DNA from: Octopus vulgaris | Lineage: Eukaryota | Assembly (NCBI GenBank): GCA_951406725.2 | Contig: OX597823.1 | Location: 90,086,001-90,150,000, forward strand | Length of the DNA stretch: 64,000 bases | Reading direction: 5' to 3' | In this document: positions 12,849-26,230 of the stretch, piece after piece | How the letters are laid out: every line of letters starts with the position of its first letter | How positions within the stretch are numbered: the stretch's first letter is position 1 | Made by a program: the position numbers and the translations under genes | The notes under the pieces: generated by a model | Told to the model about the DNA's origin: nothing | The model's database searches: none | Seen by the model: the letters and a program-made list of their open reading frames with translations, nothing else

Positions 12849-14542
12849 GGCACTATTTGCAGTATTACTACAGGCATGCAAACTGTGTGATCCGGCCACT
12901 CTATGGCTCAAATATAGAGACAACCTGGCTGAAGACTTTCAGCGCCAAGCTCAACTGCTCTATCCTGACATAGAGGGTATCAGCAATGAAATCTATAACA
13001 AAACACTCATTGACATTGAAGACAGAATTGCTAAACTGGGTGGAAATGAATTGTCGACGTATGGCCTGCCACAAGCATTCAGGTCAGGGTCAAATAGCCT
13101 TCCCACTGATGTCATTTGTGAAACAACCTCCGACACTCAAGCGCTTTCAAAGTACATTGTTGAAAATTAGCCTAAATTACTTCCGGACCAGCTGTAGGCT
13201 TACAGAAGTATTCTTAACAGTGTACGCCAACGCGAGGGACGAATCTTCTTCCTCGATGCTCCTGGAGGGACAGGAAAAACCTTTATTACAAAACTTCTCC
13301 TTGCAGAATTTAGGAGGCTTCAGGACATTGCAGTAGCTGTAGCCTCCTCTGGTATTGCAGCTACTTTGTTACCCGGTGGCAGGACAGCACACTCAACTTT
13401 TAAACTCCCTCTCAATTTAGCAGCATCCGAAATGCCTTCATGCAACATCAACAAAAGCTCAGATCAGGGACAAGTACTTAAAATGTGTCATCTAATTGTC
13501 TGGGACGAGTGCACTATGGCTCACAAGGGAGCTTTGGAAGCATTAGATAGAGCCCTGAAAGACATCCGAGACTGTCAGGCTCCAATGGGAGGTGTAACGC
13601 TTCAGTTGTCAGGTGATTTCAGGCAAACTCTTCCTGTCATTCCGAAAGGCACTAGAGCAGATAAAGTCCAAGCATGTCTAAAGTCCTCTACCCTGTGGCA
13701 TCATGTTACAATCCTCAGTCTCACCACTAACATGAGAGCTCAGCTACACGGCAACAAAATGTCCACAAAGTTTGCACAGGACATTTTGACACTTGGTGAA
13801 GGCAAGATGCCTCTCGATGCTGCAGGACAAACGGAAGTGTGGTCATTTCCCTATGTTGTTAATTCTGTAGATGACCTCAAAAACAAAGTCTTTCCCAACA
13901 TCACACAAAACTACCAAAGTCACAATTGGCTGTGTGAAAGAGCAATATTAGCTCCAAAAAACGTTGCTGTTAACAAAATTAATCAACAGCTAATGCATTC
14001 TCTTCCCGGCACTATACACACTTACAAGTCTGTTGATACAATTCCAGATATAAATGAAGTTGTGAACTATCCTCCTGAATTTCTCAATTCACTGGAGCCT
14101 CCTCGACTACCTCCACACATATTAGCACTTAAAGTTGGAACTCCTGTAATGTTACTCCGCAATCTGGAACCACCAAGACTTTGCAATGGAACACGACTGG
14201 TGATAAAGAAAATGATGTCACACGTTATCGAGGCAATCATTCTTTCTGGATGTGGAAAAGGTGATGACGTCTTTATTCCAAGATTTCCTCTTACTCCATC
14301 AGGAGCAGAAATTCCATTTACATTCTGAAGACTGCAAATTCCCCCTTCGTGTCAGCTTTGCCATGTCCATTAACAAATCTCAGGGTCAAACCGTCTCTGT
14401 AGCTGGTCTTCTCTTGGAAGAGCCCTGCTTCTCGCATGGGCAACTGTATGTTGGCTGCTCAAGAGTAGGAACCAAAAGAAACCTTTTTGTATATGCTCCA
14501 CAACGAAAAACAAGGAACATTGTTTACAACGAGGTGTTATAA
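12849..14542 (+). pseudogene. Helitron PIF1 helicase (duplicate copy, complete to the C-terminus)
   Basis: GDFRQTLPV, LLRNL..RLCNGTRL, FAMSINKSQGQT, FSHGQLYVGCSRV, NIVYNEVL*. Stops and a frameshift present. Confidence 0.95.
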
Positions 14543-14632
14543 TTTCAACAGCCAGGAGGTATATACATGATCCCCTTTTTTTAACAAACTTCATGTACTG
14601 TCATGTATTTATATTAATATACGTATGTGTGT

Positions 14633-14688
<56 letters not shown>

Positions 14689-14766
14689 CCATGTATATAT
14701 AACAGAAAAGTCTAATTCTTCAATTGAATGTAACCGGGCAATGCCGGGTATCTCTGCTAGTGTATA

Positions 14767-15279
14767 TTTATATATATAAAACTGTAGTTGTGTGAGCGTC
14801 TGTCCCCTTCGATTTAGATTCCTAACTACTCCCACATTTTGCGGTGCAGTTTAACCAAATTCGGTTTTCTTATAGTCGTGATTCATATCGAGCCCGTCTG
14901 AGTATTAGCGCGCGTCTACGATGAGTCTACGATTTTAAAAATAATTTAACATAATTTTTTATTCCATTTTAATGCATAATTTTTCGTGTGTCGATGGCGG
15001 CGGTGTTGACGTCCATGGTCACACCTGCACCTGTTTGCTTCTCCCCCTTCTTCCCTCCCTCGTGAAGCTGTGGGGAAGGGAGTGTAAGGAAATCAACGTC
15101 GTAAAGCGTTGTCAAGGAGACCCACGTTCTTTTAGAACAACGACTTCATGGCTTGAAGTCACCAAAACAGAAATGGCTAAGAAAGCCCGAATTGGCATCT
15201 ATAAGGGAAGTAACTCTCTAAAAATGCTTATATAGTTATTTCCCTTACAAACCCGAGCAACGCCGAGTGATACTGCTAG
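14767..15279 (+). mobile_element. Non-autonomous Helitron abutting the 3' end of the autonomous copy
   Basis: 5' t.tatatatataaaactg start. Subterminal hairpin taagggaagtaact/agttatttccctta. 3' acccgagcaacgccgagtgatactgCTAG|T. Confidence 0.8.
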
Positions 15280-16165
15280 TATATATATATATATTTATAT
15301 ATATATATACACACACCTGTGTATGTTTATGCATTTGAAAAAGATTCAAACAAAATTAAATGGTATTTTCTGGCCGAATGAAATCCTGTTTATTCATGCA
15401 AGACTGAGAACAGGAGGTAATAATTGTAAAAATGAAAGCAGAAGAACAACATACAGGCTGTAAGAAGTGGCAGCACTATGAAATTGACAAGTGTTTCATT
15501 AACTTGTAGTGCCAAGTCCAATTCCAGGCGTGGTTCTAGCTTGGCAAAGGTTGACCTCAGTTCAGCTGATTTGTTCTACATATACAACACAAGAAGAGCA
15601 AGTTTCCTCTGTTGGTCCTCTACAACCCCGTGATGCTGTGGCTGTTGACTGTTTATTTATAGAGAGTAGCCCTAAAGATGGCAACGGAAGAAGGAAGACC
15701 TTTCATTGGAGAAGGATAAGGGATGTATGGTGTGACCTTAACAGATAAAAGGGTGATACTGAGATTTTTTAAATGATAAGGGCTTCAAATGGCTGCCTTA
15801 AAAAGGTAAAAAGGCTGTACAGGGCCTCCTTAAGAGGTAAAGGCTGCATAGGACTGTTCAACCAGCAACTTTAATAACATCCTTAGAAGGTAAGCTATGG
15901 CCCTAGACAGGGAAGTATAAAGCACTGAACTAGATTCTGTAAAAGACTTAACAGGATTCACAATCCACTGTTGCTTCTTAAGTGAAATTATAATTGTAAT
16001 TCTTGTGTGAAAAATTAAATATAAATTGATATTTATGAATTTAGGTTTATTTTCACTTGTTTCAAAGAAAGTTTTTAAAGTATTTCAAAGAATTTAAAAA
16101 ATAAAATAGAATGAAATAAAAGCAAACAAGCAAGTAAGCATGCCATCTGGCAGATTAGAACCTAC

Positions 16166-16261
16166 CGACAGTTTGGTGTTAGAAAAGAAGCCCCAGCCTG
16201 CTTCCAAATCGATGCTATCTTTGGTGATATTCGGTCTTTTACAAAGGCAACCATTTCATTC
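16166..16261 (-). CDS. Candidate 96-nt symmetric (phase 2-2) exon of an unidentified gene
   Basis: Strong T-rich acceptor ...ttttttttatgcttgttgccag, donor GTAGGT, single open frame NEMVAFVKDRISPKIASIWKQAGASFLTPNC. No homolog recognised. Confidence 0.45.
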
Positions 16262-16359
16262 CTGGCAACAAGCATAAAAAAAAAGCAGAACAACAAAACA
16301 AAAAAGTAAAAAATAAGACAAAGCGGCAGTTGAGTTGAAATTTCCAAAAGTCAAAACAT

Positions 16360-17345
16360 CAGACCTTGCTTCTTATTAAGGTTTTCTAGGACTTTAGTCC
16401 TTGCTAAATCAACTCTAAGGTCCCTTGATTCCAAACCTGTTATACTCATTGCCAACCTTCACCTTACAATCAGCATCTCTCTACCTGGTTTCTACAGCTC
16501 TCACCAATCACTCATTTATCTCTAGCCTTCTGCATTACTTATAAGTTAAGGGAGCAGGGGATCCCGTCAAAGGCTTTCTCCATGTCAATGAAAGTAAAGT
16601 ACAGAGGTTTTTTTCTTGAACAAATACTTCTCCTGAAGCAGCTTCACCAAGAAGATAGCATCAGTTGTGCATCTTCCTGGCACAAAACTAAGCTGCATTA
16701 CATGAAGTCTCCCCCTTTTTAATTTTTGACCTTCTCTGTAACATTCATTACCTGTTCCAGCGATTCGATACCTTTGTAATTATCTCTGTCTAAAGTGTCA
16801 ACTTTACATTTGAAGAGTTGACTATAATGTTGTTACACCAACCACTGGGTGTGTCACCTTCATGGACAACCTATCTAATTCCCTGTTCCACCACCATGTC
16901 ACCTTATGTTTTGAGAGGACTTTGCACCAGCCACAAATTTGGTCAGTGGCCCCCATTGCGTTGTCTCGTCAGAACCTCCACTTGTCTTCTATGTTATTCA
17001 TATATTACTAACTTCTCCTCCTCCTTGCCAAATGCTTCATTTAGAATCTCTCTAAATCTCTGACTATTCAGAGGATCCTTAAGCTTCCAAATCTTTCTTT
17101 TCCAAACTGGTTTGCTTCGTGGCGTCTTTCTAGCCTGAACTCTGAAATCACTATTAACTAACCTATGTTGAAGTTTGCACTCCTCATCTGGGAAGGGCTT
17201 TGTATTTCTAAGCAACCAGCTTTCCTGCTTTGTGGTTAGAATGTAATCAATCTTGCTCTGTGTGGCCACCAGATTAATAAGTGAACAGGTGACTGGTTGG
17301 TTTCTTAAAGTCGTAATTGAAAATCATAAGGTTGTCTGCTTTGTT
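16360..17345 (-). mobile_element. RTE-clade LINE fragment, duplicate copy 2
   Basis: ORF 16994-17269 KIDYILT..QHRLVNSDF. Lacks about 190 bp relative to the 7830-9010 copy. Confidence 0.75.
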
Positions 17346-17439
17346 CACACTCACATAAATGCACAAACAAATACATACACATATACATATGTGCACATTC
17401 ATGTATATATATATACATATATACATATACACATGCATA

Positions 17440-18430
17440 TCATCATCATCATCATCATCATCGTTTAGCGTCCGTTTTCCATGCTGGCATGTGTTGGACG
17501 GTTCTACTGGGGTCTGTGAAGCCAGAAGGCTTCATCAGGCCTAGTCAAATCTGGCAGTGTTTCTACGGCTGGATGCCCTTCCTAACGCCAACCACTCCGT
17601 GAGTGTAGTGGGTGCTTTTTACGTGCCACCCGCACAGGTGCCAGACAGAGCTGGCAAACGGCCACGAACGGATGGTGCTTTTTATGTGCCACCTGCACGA
17701 GGGCCAGGCGAGGCTGGCAACGGACACGAACGGATGGTGCTTTTTACGTGCCATCGGCACGAGGCCAGTCGGGGCGGTGCTGGCAACGGTCGCGAAACGG
17801 AAGGTTCTCTTACATGCCACCGGCACTGGTAACACATCTGCAATTTCCATTTCGATTCTGATCCTCACTTGCCTCTACAGGTTTTCACAAGTAGAGTTTT
17901 GTGTCCCAAGAAGGGAAGGTATGCATACGTTGACTGGCTCCATCCCATGTAGAAGGCCACGGGTTATGGACTCACTTGTCCTGCCGGGTCTTCTCGCGCA
18001 CAGCACACTTCCAGAGGTCTCGGTCTCTAGTCATTTCCTCAGTGAGACCTAAAGTTCGAAGGTCGTGCTTCACCACCTCGTCCCAGGTTTTCCTGGGTCT
18101 GCCTCTTCCGCAGGTTCCCTCGACAGCTAGGGTGTGGCACTTTTTCACACAACTATCTTCATCCATTCTCGCCACATGATCATACCAGCGCAAACGTCTC
18201 TCTTGCACACTACAACTGATGCTTCTTAGGTCCAGCTTTTCTCTCAAGGTACTTACACTCTGCCGAGTATGAGTACTGACATTACACATCCATCGGAGCA
18301 TACTGGCTTCATTTCTTGCGAGCTTACGCATATCCTCAGCAGTCACGGCCCATGTTTCACTGCCATGTAGCATGGCTGTTCGTACACACGCATCATACAG
18401 TCTGCCTTCACTCTGTGCGAGAGGCCTTAT
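17440..18430 (-). mobile_element. 5'-truncated RTE LINE with 3'UTR internal repeats and (GAT)n tail
   Basis: LHGSETW..MLRWMC..ERRLRWYDHV..RGRPRKTW (RTE C-terminus). The UTR carries ggtgctttttacgtgccacc repeats. Confidence 0.92.
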
Positions 18431-18434
18431 ATAT

Positions 18435-18517
<83 letters not shown>

Positions 18518-18894
18518 CACCTGCGTCAGAAATTAATTAGCACTTCTCAAATTTCTACATTAAATAGGTTAAATCAATTAACCTATGAGCTGTTCAAAAC
18601 GTCTTACGCAATGAGAAAACTTAGTATGGTGTGATTTCGTTCCTTGCGAGGCGCTACCTATATCTATTAAACAAAGGAAGATTTGTCTGCACCCGCACTC
18701 CAAGTTGTTGTTGCACTGCTATGTCAACATTATAAGGCTGTAGACTCTCAAACTGCTCTGCAAACAAAGTTACGTCATCGTTCTGCGCAACAGTGAACTC
18801 GCAACAAAGCAATAGTTCGAGATATGGCCACTAGGTGACAGCACATACCTTGAGTGAAGAGCAAATCAAGGGTGCTAATTAATTTCTGACGGTA

Positions 18895-18897
<3 letters not shown>
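18518..18897. mobile_element. Tc1/mariner-type MITE
   Basis: TIRs cac....cgtcagaaattaattagcac / gtgctaattaatttctgacggtagtg, TA flanks, inserted in (TA)n. Confidence 0.85.
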
Positions 18898-18985
<88 letters not shown>

Positions 18986-19667
18986 CATATATATACATAT
19001 AAGCTACTTCTTATGCAAGTCATTGACCTCGTGCATCACTGGGTGTGTATAACCTGGTTTGTTACGGTTGAAATAGCATTGATGTTATTCCTTTTATATC
19101 GAGTTACTCAAATGGAAATTTTTTTAATGTAAAAACAACGAAGAGCAATAAATCACATCCGCTACCAATACTGTACACGTTGTGTTCAAAATAGTGAAGT
19201 TATGAAAAATTACTTCGATTCTCGTTGGAATTATTGAACACCAGCAGCATTTATTTCCCTGGCAATACTCTTTATTCATCATCATCATCAACATCATTTT
19301 CATCATCATCATCATCCTTTAATGTCCATGTCCCATGCTCACATTTGGTATTCAAAGGATAGGAACATTAAGTATGATTTAATGGAGTCCTTTATTAGTT
19401 ACGCACCATCGTACAATACTGGTAGTTTTAAACGTGATCTTTGCCTTGAGGTATTATATAATTACTTTTAAATAAATATCATTGAATTATAAAGGTAATT
19501 TTACAATGAAATGTTCTCACAAATATAGAAAAGCATTTAAATACTTCCATTCTAAATAACTCATTAATTGTAATTGCTTTTCACATAATATGATACGCAT
19601 ATTTTTTTCTAATAATGTTAAGCATATTTTATAGATAGGTAACTAATTGTTGTGACGTAGGATTTTT

Positions 19668-20292
19668 ATGAGGGGTACTGAAAAGTTCTTGGCTCTGGGT
19701 ATATAATTATATAATTACTTTTAAATAAATATCATTGAATTATAAAGGTAATTTTTACAATGAAATTTACTCTAAATAACTAAATAACTCATTCTAAATA
19801 ACTCATTAATTGTAATTGCTTTTCGCATAATATGATGCGCATATTTTTTCTGAAAAGTTCCTGGCTTTGGATAAAAGAAAATACATAAGAATCAGTTAAT
19901 TGTGATGTTATTCAACATATTCCTCCCTCACATTCACACACATATTGCAGCGGTCCTTAATTTTTTTTAACCCTGTAAAAAGAAATCGAAATGTTGGGCC
20001 TCCAACCAAGCGTTTGTAGCAGTGATCACATCCGAATTGGAGTGAAATTTTCTTCCCTTGAGGACATTCTTCAGTTGGGGAAGGAGGTGGTAGTCGGAGG
20101 GGAACAAGCCAGGAGAGCAAGGAGAATAGATTACCTATTCGAAACCAAAGTCGCATGTTTTCTGTAGTTTCATGTGTTGTGTGTGCTGGTGCATTGTCCT
20201 GCAAAAGCAGGATATTGCGGCTCAGCTTTCCACGGTGTTTCTGTTTCAAATTTTCCTGTAGTTCGTCCAACAGAGACATGTAGTATTCTGCA
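19668..20292 (-). mobile_element. Mariner 3' fragment (duplicate of the 11149 element)
   Basis: LLQDNAPAH motif and ..GEYVE-like end. Same TIR, with a local internal duplication at 19700-19860. Confidence 0.85.
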
Positions 20293-21075
20293 GTAGATTT
20301 GAAAAATTAGAATGTATAAATATTTTTTATATTCCATCCCGTAAAGATTGTCATGAACCTTCAAAATGAACATTGCTGCATCTCTTCTGAAACTACTGCA
20401 AAACTTGTTTTAGCTGCTCTGCATCAATTTTCTTTAGTACTCGTACACCTGCACTACGAATCTTCTTCCAGACCCTGAACTTGAAATTGGCCCTAACCAT
20501 TTTGTGACCAGTATCACAATCAGCACCTCGCAATACTCTGAGACTGCACAATTCTTGTAAGTCAGCTTTCCGAGTTAATACAAAATCAGTCATGTGACCT
20601 TGCTTTGACCTTGGTAACTTTATGTTTCATCTTATGATGAACGAAAGTATTACCAATAATGAACCCTAGCTCAGAGCACATTTGTAGCAGATGCAACCCG
20701 TTTTTGTCCACCTTTCCTATTCCATAACGCCCAAATACATTGCAAGCACCATAGTCTCTACCAAGACGTGCAATAAAAATCACCAAGTTCAACCAACTTC
20801 TCATTCAAAGGGACTGACAGAATACTTCTTCTAAGCTCCTCATAAAATGCATGGATATTTTCCTCCCTAGTTGAAAGTGTAGGAGCACAAATAGAGAAAG
20901 CAGTTACAAAACGTCCACAAGAAAGAGGGAACCGGAGTTTCATTACGCTTTGTGGTTGTTTTAGGTCTTTGAACAAATCACTTCTAATTGCAAACCCAAC
21001 ACCACCTTCCCTTTTCTCTCCCTTCGGCTTCGCAACCCAGAATAATGTGAAACCCGCAGCTCTTTCAACAGGATG
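20293..21075 (-). mobile_element. RTE/BovB-like LINE, APE endonuclease fragment
   Basis: REGGVGFAI, MKLRFPL, CAPT, GDF, NGLHLL..C, IGNTF, DFVL, DTGHKMV remnants. Confidence 0.85.
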
Positions 21076-21782
21076 AATAATGATCCGCAATGCATCAATC
21101 TCATCAGGGAGGATATAAACAGCAGCGCTCATCACATAGACATTTCAACAGATATAAGAAATCACACAAAATGTGACATATATGTATATATACATACCCG
21201 CACACACACACACATGTATATGTATATATATATATATCTATACATACACACACGCACACATATATATGTATATATGTATATAGGAAATACAAGGAGGAAA
21301 TGGAGTGTGGTATTACGTGACGTACCCAAAGAATGTAGAAACAGAGAAGAAGATAGTCAAATTTAATCAAATAGTAAGAGTGAAAGTATCATCCTACATA
21401 TACGCAGAGGATATGAAGGCGATAGTGATGGAAAAGGAAAATGACAAGAAACTGGAAGAAATGTGTGGAGATAGTATTGACCCACCAGGAGTGGATCTAA
21501 TAGAAATTGAACCATTGATGAAGTACTATTAAAAAGAAAATACGTATGTTAAATTGAGAGAAAAAACGAAAAGAAAAAAGAAAAAGGGTAAAAAAGGTAA
21601 AGAAAAAGAAAGAGTAAAGTGTTTTATGTTATGTTTAAAAAAAGTAGTGAAAAATCGAAGACCAATTGTAGATAATGTATATAACGGTTCAAATGGGAGT
21701 GGGGCCCATGCGACCATTTTCGTTTTTCATTTTTATATAATTTCACCTCATTTACATTCGTTTATGTTTTTTGTCCCCACTG

Positions 21783-22041
21783 TGGTCTTGTCTGTCCTTG
21801 TGGTGTCCCGTCTGTGTTTGGGGCTTTATACCTAATAAAGAAATCCACCAATTGAATTGTCACCATGTAGTGCCTTGGGCGTTGGTATTATGTTTACGTG
21901 GGTTAATGCTGAAATAATTATTGACTTGTTATTCGAATTGTTGCCATTGTTGTTCAAATTGGTCTTGTCTGTCCTTGTGGTGTCCCCTCTGTGTTTGGGG
22001 CTTTATGCCTAATAAAGAAATTTGTCACCATGTAGTGCCTT
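21783..22041 (+). repeat. Local direct duplication of about 80 bp
   Basis: tggtcttgtctgtccttgtggtgtccc.tctgtgtttggggctttat.cctaataaagaaat..tgtcaccatgtagtgcctt at about 21783 and about 21960. Confidence 0.85.
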
Positions 22042-22359
22042 ACTGGATTTTACCTGGAGAAAGGAACCCTGAGGAAGGAAACGTTTTTACAGAGTGAGGT
22101 GAATTTGGACTATTTCCTACAAGCCGTTAAAACTTTTGTGAAACGGGTGCAGGCTTGGACTAATACTTTCAATCGTTTGTCTTAATTTATTTTCTAGCTT
22201 CATAATACCCGTTATGTATTTTAGGTTTTTATGTTTATCTTGTTATATTCCTTATTTATGTTAATATTTCTATATTGTTATCCTGAAACTCCTAATATAT
22301 ATATGTGGATATTGGAATTCTGAACTTGCTTGCGTGAATGTTTTACTCTCTTTACTCTT

Positions 22360-22760
22360 TTACTATTTTACTTGTTTCAGTCATTTGACTGTGGCCATGC
22401 TGGAACAACGCCTTTAGCCAAGCAAATCGACCCCAGGACTTATTCTATGTAAGCCTAGTACTTATTTTATCGGTCTCTTTTGCTGAACCGCTAAGTTACG
22501 GGGATGTAAACACACCAGCATCGGTTGTCAAGCGATGTTGTGGGGACAAACACAGACACACAAACATACACATACATATGTATATATGCATATATACGAC
22601 AGGCTTCTTTCAGTTTCCGTCTACCAAATCCACTCACAAGGCTTTGGTCAGCCCGAGGCTATAGTAGAAGATACTTGCCCAAGGTGCCACGCAGTAGGAC
22701 TGAACCCAGAACCATGTGGTTTGTAAGCAAGCTACTTACCACACAGCCACTTCTACGCCT
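22360..22760 (-). mobile_element. Full-length tRNA-derived SINE (abundant octopus-type family)
   Basis: Head ggcg.ag.agtggctgtgtggtaag (A box) and ggttcagtcc (B box), central microsatellite, (agtaaaag)n tail. Further copies at about 27085-27486(-), 29790-30160(-), 32030-32425(+), 34595-34980(-), 55570-55970(+), 56775-57545(+), 57655-57975(-), plus halves at 12115, 24380, 28975, 38725, 41480. Confidence 0.9.
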
Positions 22761-23308
22761 ACGAAAACTATCTGAAATTTTTATCGTATAGCAAATTTTA
22801 TTAATCGTTAACTCATATACGGGCGAAAAAACAGTTGTACTATATAGTGGAGCTTTACCTCCATTAAAATTCTCGTATTATACATACATTCATACACATA
22901 GCAATTTTTATTCTAGTAGGTTTCAAGTTTATATCTCATTTTCTCATGCCTAAGATATTTATTTTTTCTGTATTCTGTTTTTTATATATCTGTTTATTTT
23001 CAAGCTTTATATTTGTATCTATCATTTATTTTAACGGAAACATATCAGGGATTTTGTCCAGTTCTGGAAAAATCATATTACGATCCTTGTACGGAGAAAG
23101 GATGAAACGACCTCATGACCTTTTTGTCGGGTATTCTTTTGTGTTTGTAATGGATGGTGTCATGCGCAGTAGTTTTTGCGACAGCTGAAGAAGTGCTATG
23201 ATTATGGTACCTTTTAGAGAGAAACTTGAAGCCATGAATGTAAGCAACGACATTATGTAAAATTTCTAACTGAATTTCTTTCTTTGGTCTCTTTTAGCAA
23301 CTGAGCTG

Positions 23309-23720
23309 GGATCTGTTCGGTTTGAACCGCAGTTTTTAGAAATAATTTCCACGTAACTAAACACATTTAAACTTCGTATAGTGGTAGAATGTGTTTATAA
23401 AACATCTTTTTCTCTTGGCTTTATTGAGAAAATTCTATTGTTTGTAAGATATTTGGGGTTTTTTTGTCTTCAATTTCTGCAATTTCAACCAATCAATAAC
23501 GTCTATTGAGGTGAAAACATTCTGTGCCGTATGAATATGTCTCTCGTTTAAGAAACAGATTGGGTTTATTTACAGTTCTGAAGAAAAAAAGATACCCTTC
23601 CCCCTAACCCTAACCCTAAAACAGATTGAAATGCAATAAATCGATACTAGGGTTATAATTATGGGTGACAATTTCATATGGCACCGCTAGAAAAAACTGC
23701 CGTTCAAACCGAAAAGATCC
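23309..23720. mobile_element. MITE with GG..CC termini and 8-bp TSD (Merlin-like)
   Basis: TIR GGATCT.TTCGGTTTGAAC.GCAGTTTTT at both ends. Flanks ctgagctg (23301-23308) and ttgagctg (23721-23728). Confidence 0.85.
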
Positions 23721-23833
23721 TTGAGCTGAGCTTCTAGCTCTTATTTCTGTCAGGTTGATGCTTTTCTGCATTCTTACACTCCGTGCTTATATATATATAT
23801 GTGTGTGTGTGCGTGTGATATATACATATTTGA

Positions 23834-24158
23834 AGGCGCGTGGCTTAGTGGTTAGGAGTATTCAGCTCACGATCGTAAAGTCGTGAGTTCGATTTCTGGC
23901 GGCATGTTCTGCCCTTGACCAAGAGACGATACTTCACATAACTCTAGTTCACTCAGCTGGCAATATTGTATGAGTTGTACCTGTATTTCAAAAGGTCATC
24001 CTTGTCCCATTCTGTGTCATGCTTAATCTCTCCGAGAATTGCATGAAGGGAATGCATGTCTGTGGAGTGCTCAGCCACTTGCACATTAATCTCCCGAGCA
24101 GGCTGTTCCGTTGATCAGGTCAACTGGAACCCTCGTCGTCGTAACCGACGGAGTGCCA
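23834..24158 (+). mobile_element. tRNA-derived SINE, second family
   Basis: ggcgcgtggcttagtggttagg (A box) and gagttcgatttc (B box), followed by a ccttga.caag core-like segment. Confidence 0.75.
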
Positions 24159-25099
24159 ATATTAGTAGTATTATACATAATATATATAAATGTAAATTGC
24201 ATGGCATTGTGTGCATATGGAAATATCAAAATAGAAATCTACGAAAAGTTCTAGGCTTACAAAGAATATAACGTTTTTTTTATATTTCAAAATGAAATCT
24301 GGATCATTTAGTAAGGGAGGTAACTATCTTTATAATAAACGTACAAAACTAGCTAAGGGAAATAACTCTCATATTTTTTTGTTTTATTTTGCCGAACAAA
24401 TCGACCTCGGGACTTATTCTTTGTAAGCCTTGTACTTATTCTACAGGTCACTTTTGCTGAACCGTTAAGTTTCGGGAACGTAAACACACCAACATCGATT
24501 GTCAAGCGATGGGGGGGAGGACACAAACACAGACACACAAATACATACATACATACATACATACATACATACATACATACATACATACATACATACATAC
24601 ATACATACATACATACATACATACATACATACGTACATACATGCATGGTGGTTGCCCCCTCGTTATCGAGTATGGCCATTGCACGAAGCTTAATCAATTT
24701 TGTTATCGTGCAATGGCTGTGAAAGAAGATTTTTTTTAAAGTGAGGAAAGGCTGTGCACTGAGTCAATCCCACTCACTAGGCAACAGCAGTCATAATCCG
24801 AAAAGAAGAACAAGTCAACATCATCGGTAACCACTGAGCCGCAGGTTTTATGTCGGAGTTATCCCAGTTACCTGAGTTACCTTCTCCTAGAATGATGCCC
24901 AAACAGAGGTTAGGAGTCCTTCACTCCCAATGGTTTAACCGCGCAATCGGGTATTCAGTCCGATTATTTCTCTGTCCCTGCGCATGATACAGCCTTAAGA
25001 CATTTATTGGATGGCCATTGACTCTCAAGTGTTCCTCCGCCCTTTGTCGGGTCTTTATTGTTAATATTATTGTTATTATACGACGGATATACGCCACAT

Positions 25100-26230
25100 C
25101 AAAGGGACGACCAACTTAGCAGCCGATGCACTTTCATGCACGCAGATCAATGCTATCAACGCCACGGCTACAATTGATCTGGCACGTATAGCAGCTGACC
25201 GGGAGAATGACGAAGAACTTCTAAAGTTCTGAAATTCCTCATCTCTGAAATTTCAGCATGTTCCGCTACCATCATCCGCGGCCCATATTTGGTGTGATAT
25301 CTCCACTGGTCACCAACGCCCCTATATACCACAGAAACATCGTTGAGAAGTTTTCTCCGTTCTGCATTCACTGTCACATCATAGTATTCGCTCCACTCAA
25401 AAGCTGATAGCGACCCGTTTTGTGTGGACCAGTATCAACAAGGATATCAGAGAATGGACCAAGTGCTGTGTCATGTGCCAAAAAGCGAAAATCTACTGGC
25501 ACATAAAATCACCAATCGGTTCCTTTTCGTAACCCAATGCACGATTCCAGCACGTTTACATTGACATCGTGGGACCTCTGCCACCTTTGCAGAATTATAC
25601 ACATTTGCTTACCTGCGTGGATTGTTTTTCGCGGTAGCCCGAAGCTTAGCCCTTATCTGATACATCGGCAGAAATGGTCGCCAAAACATTGATATCACAA
25701 TGGGTTTCGTGTTTTGGCACACCCGCAACAATCACTACTGACAGAGGACATCAGTTCGATTCCCACCTCTTCACCGAGCAGCCTCGTCTCCTCGGGTGTA
25801 AACACACCCGCACTACGGCTTACCACCCTGCAGCAAATGGCATGGTCAAACGTTTTCACTGCCACCTCAAGGCATCTATAAAAGCATCTTCAGACAGTTC
25901 TCACTGGCTAGAACATCTCCCTCTCATCCTCCTTGGTATTCGATCCACGGTTAAGGAGGAACTTGGATATACTCCAGCCAAACTTGTCTATTGCATCTAT
26001 TGAACTTCATCTGCCAATTCTGACTCTGCAACTCAGCTTGTTCATGTTCATCTAGCTGCTTGCTATAATATAAAGGACAGAAAGGCAATAATAATAATAA
26101 TAATAATAATTTATTTCTTTATTGCCCACCGGGAGCTAAACATAGAGGGGACAAACAAAGACAGACAAAGGGATTAAGTCAATTACATCGACCCCAGTCT
26201 ATTGCACATCACTCACCTTACCTGGGCAGA
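25100..26230 (+). mobile_element. Ty3/Gypsy LTR retrotransposon integrase fragment (pseudogene)
   Basis: Zn-finger ..CVMCQKAK, HVYIDIVGPLP, FGTPATITTDRG.QF, TTAYHPAANGMV.RFH. Continues after the inserted block as VYCTSLTLPGQ. Confidence 0.9.

Noticed and set aside
15505-16060. Possible solo LTR
   Set aside because: No second copy, TSD or PBS/PPT identifiable in the window.
17590-17830. Regularly spaced ggtgctttttacgtgccacc repeats resembling a CRISPR array
   Set aside because: They are internal repeats of the RTE 3'UTR, found in many copies, with spacers homologous to each other. Eukaryotic context and no cas genes.
22060-22160. CTGAGGA...GAAAC hammerhead candidate
   Set aside because: The cleavage triplet reads GCA and stem I is weak; counted only as a weak hit.
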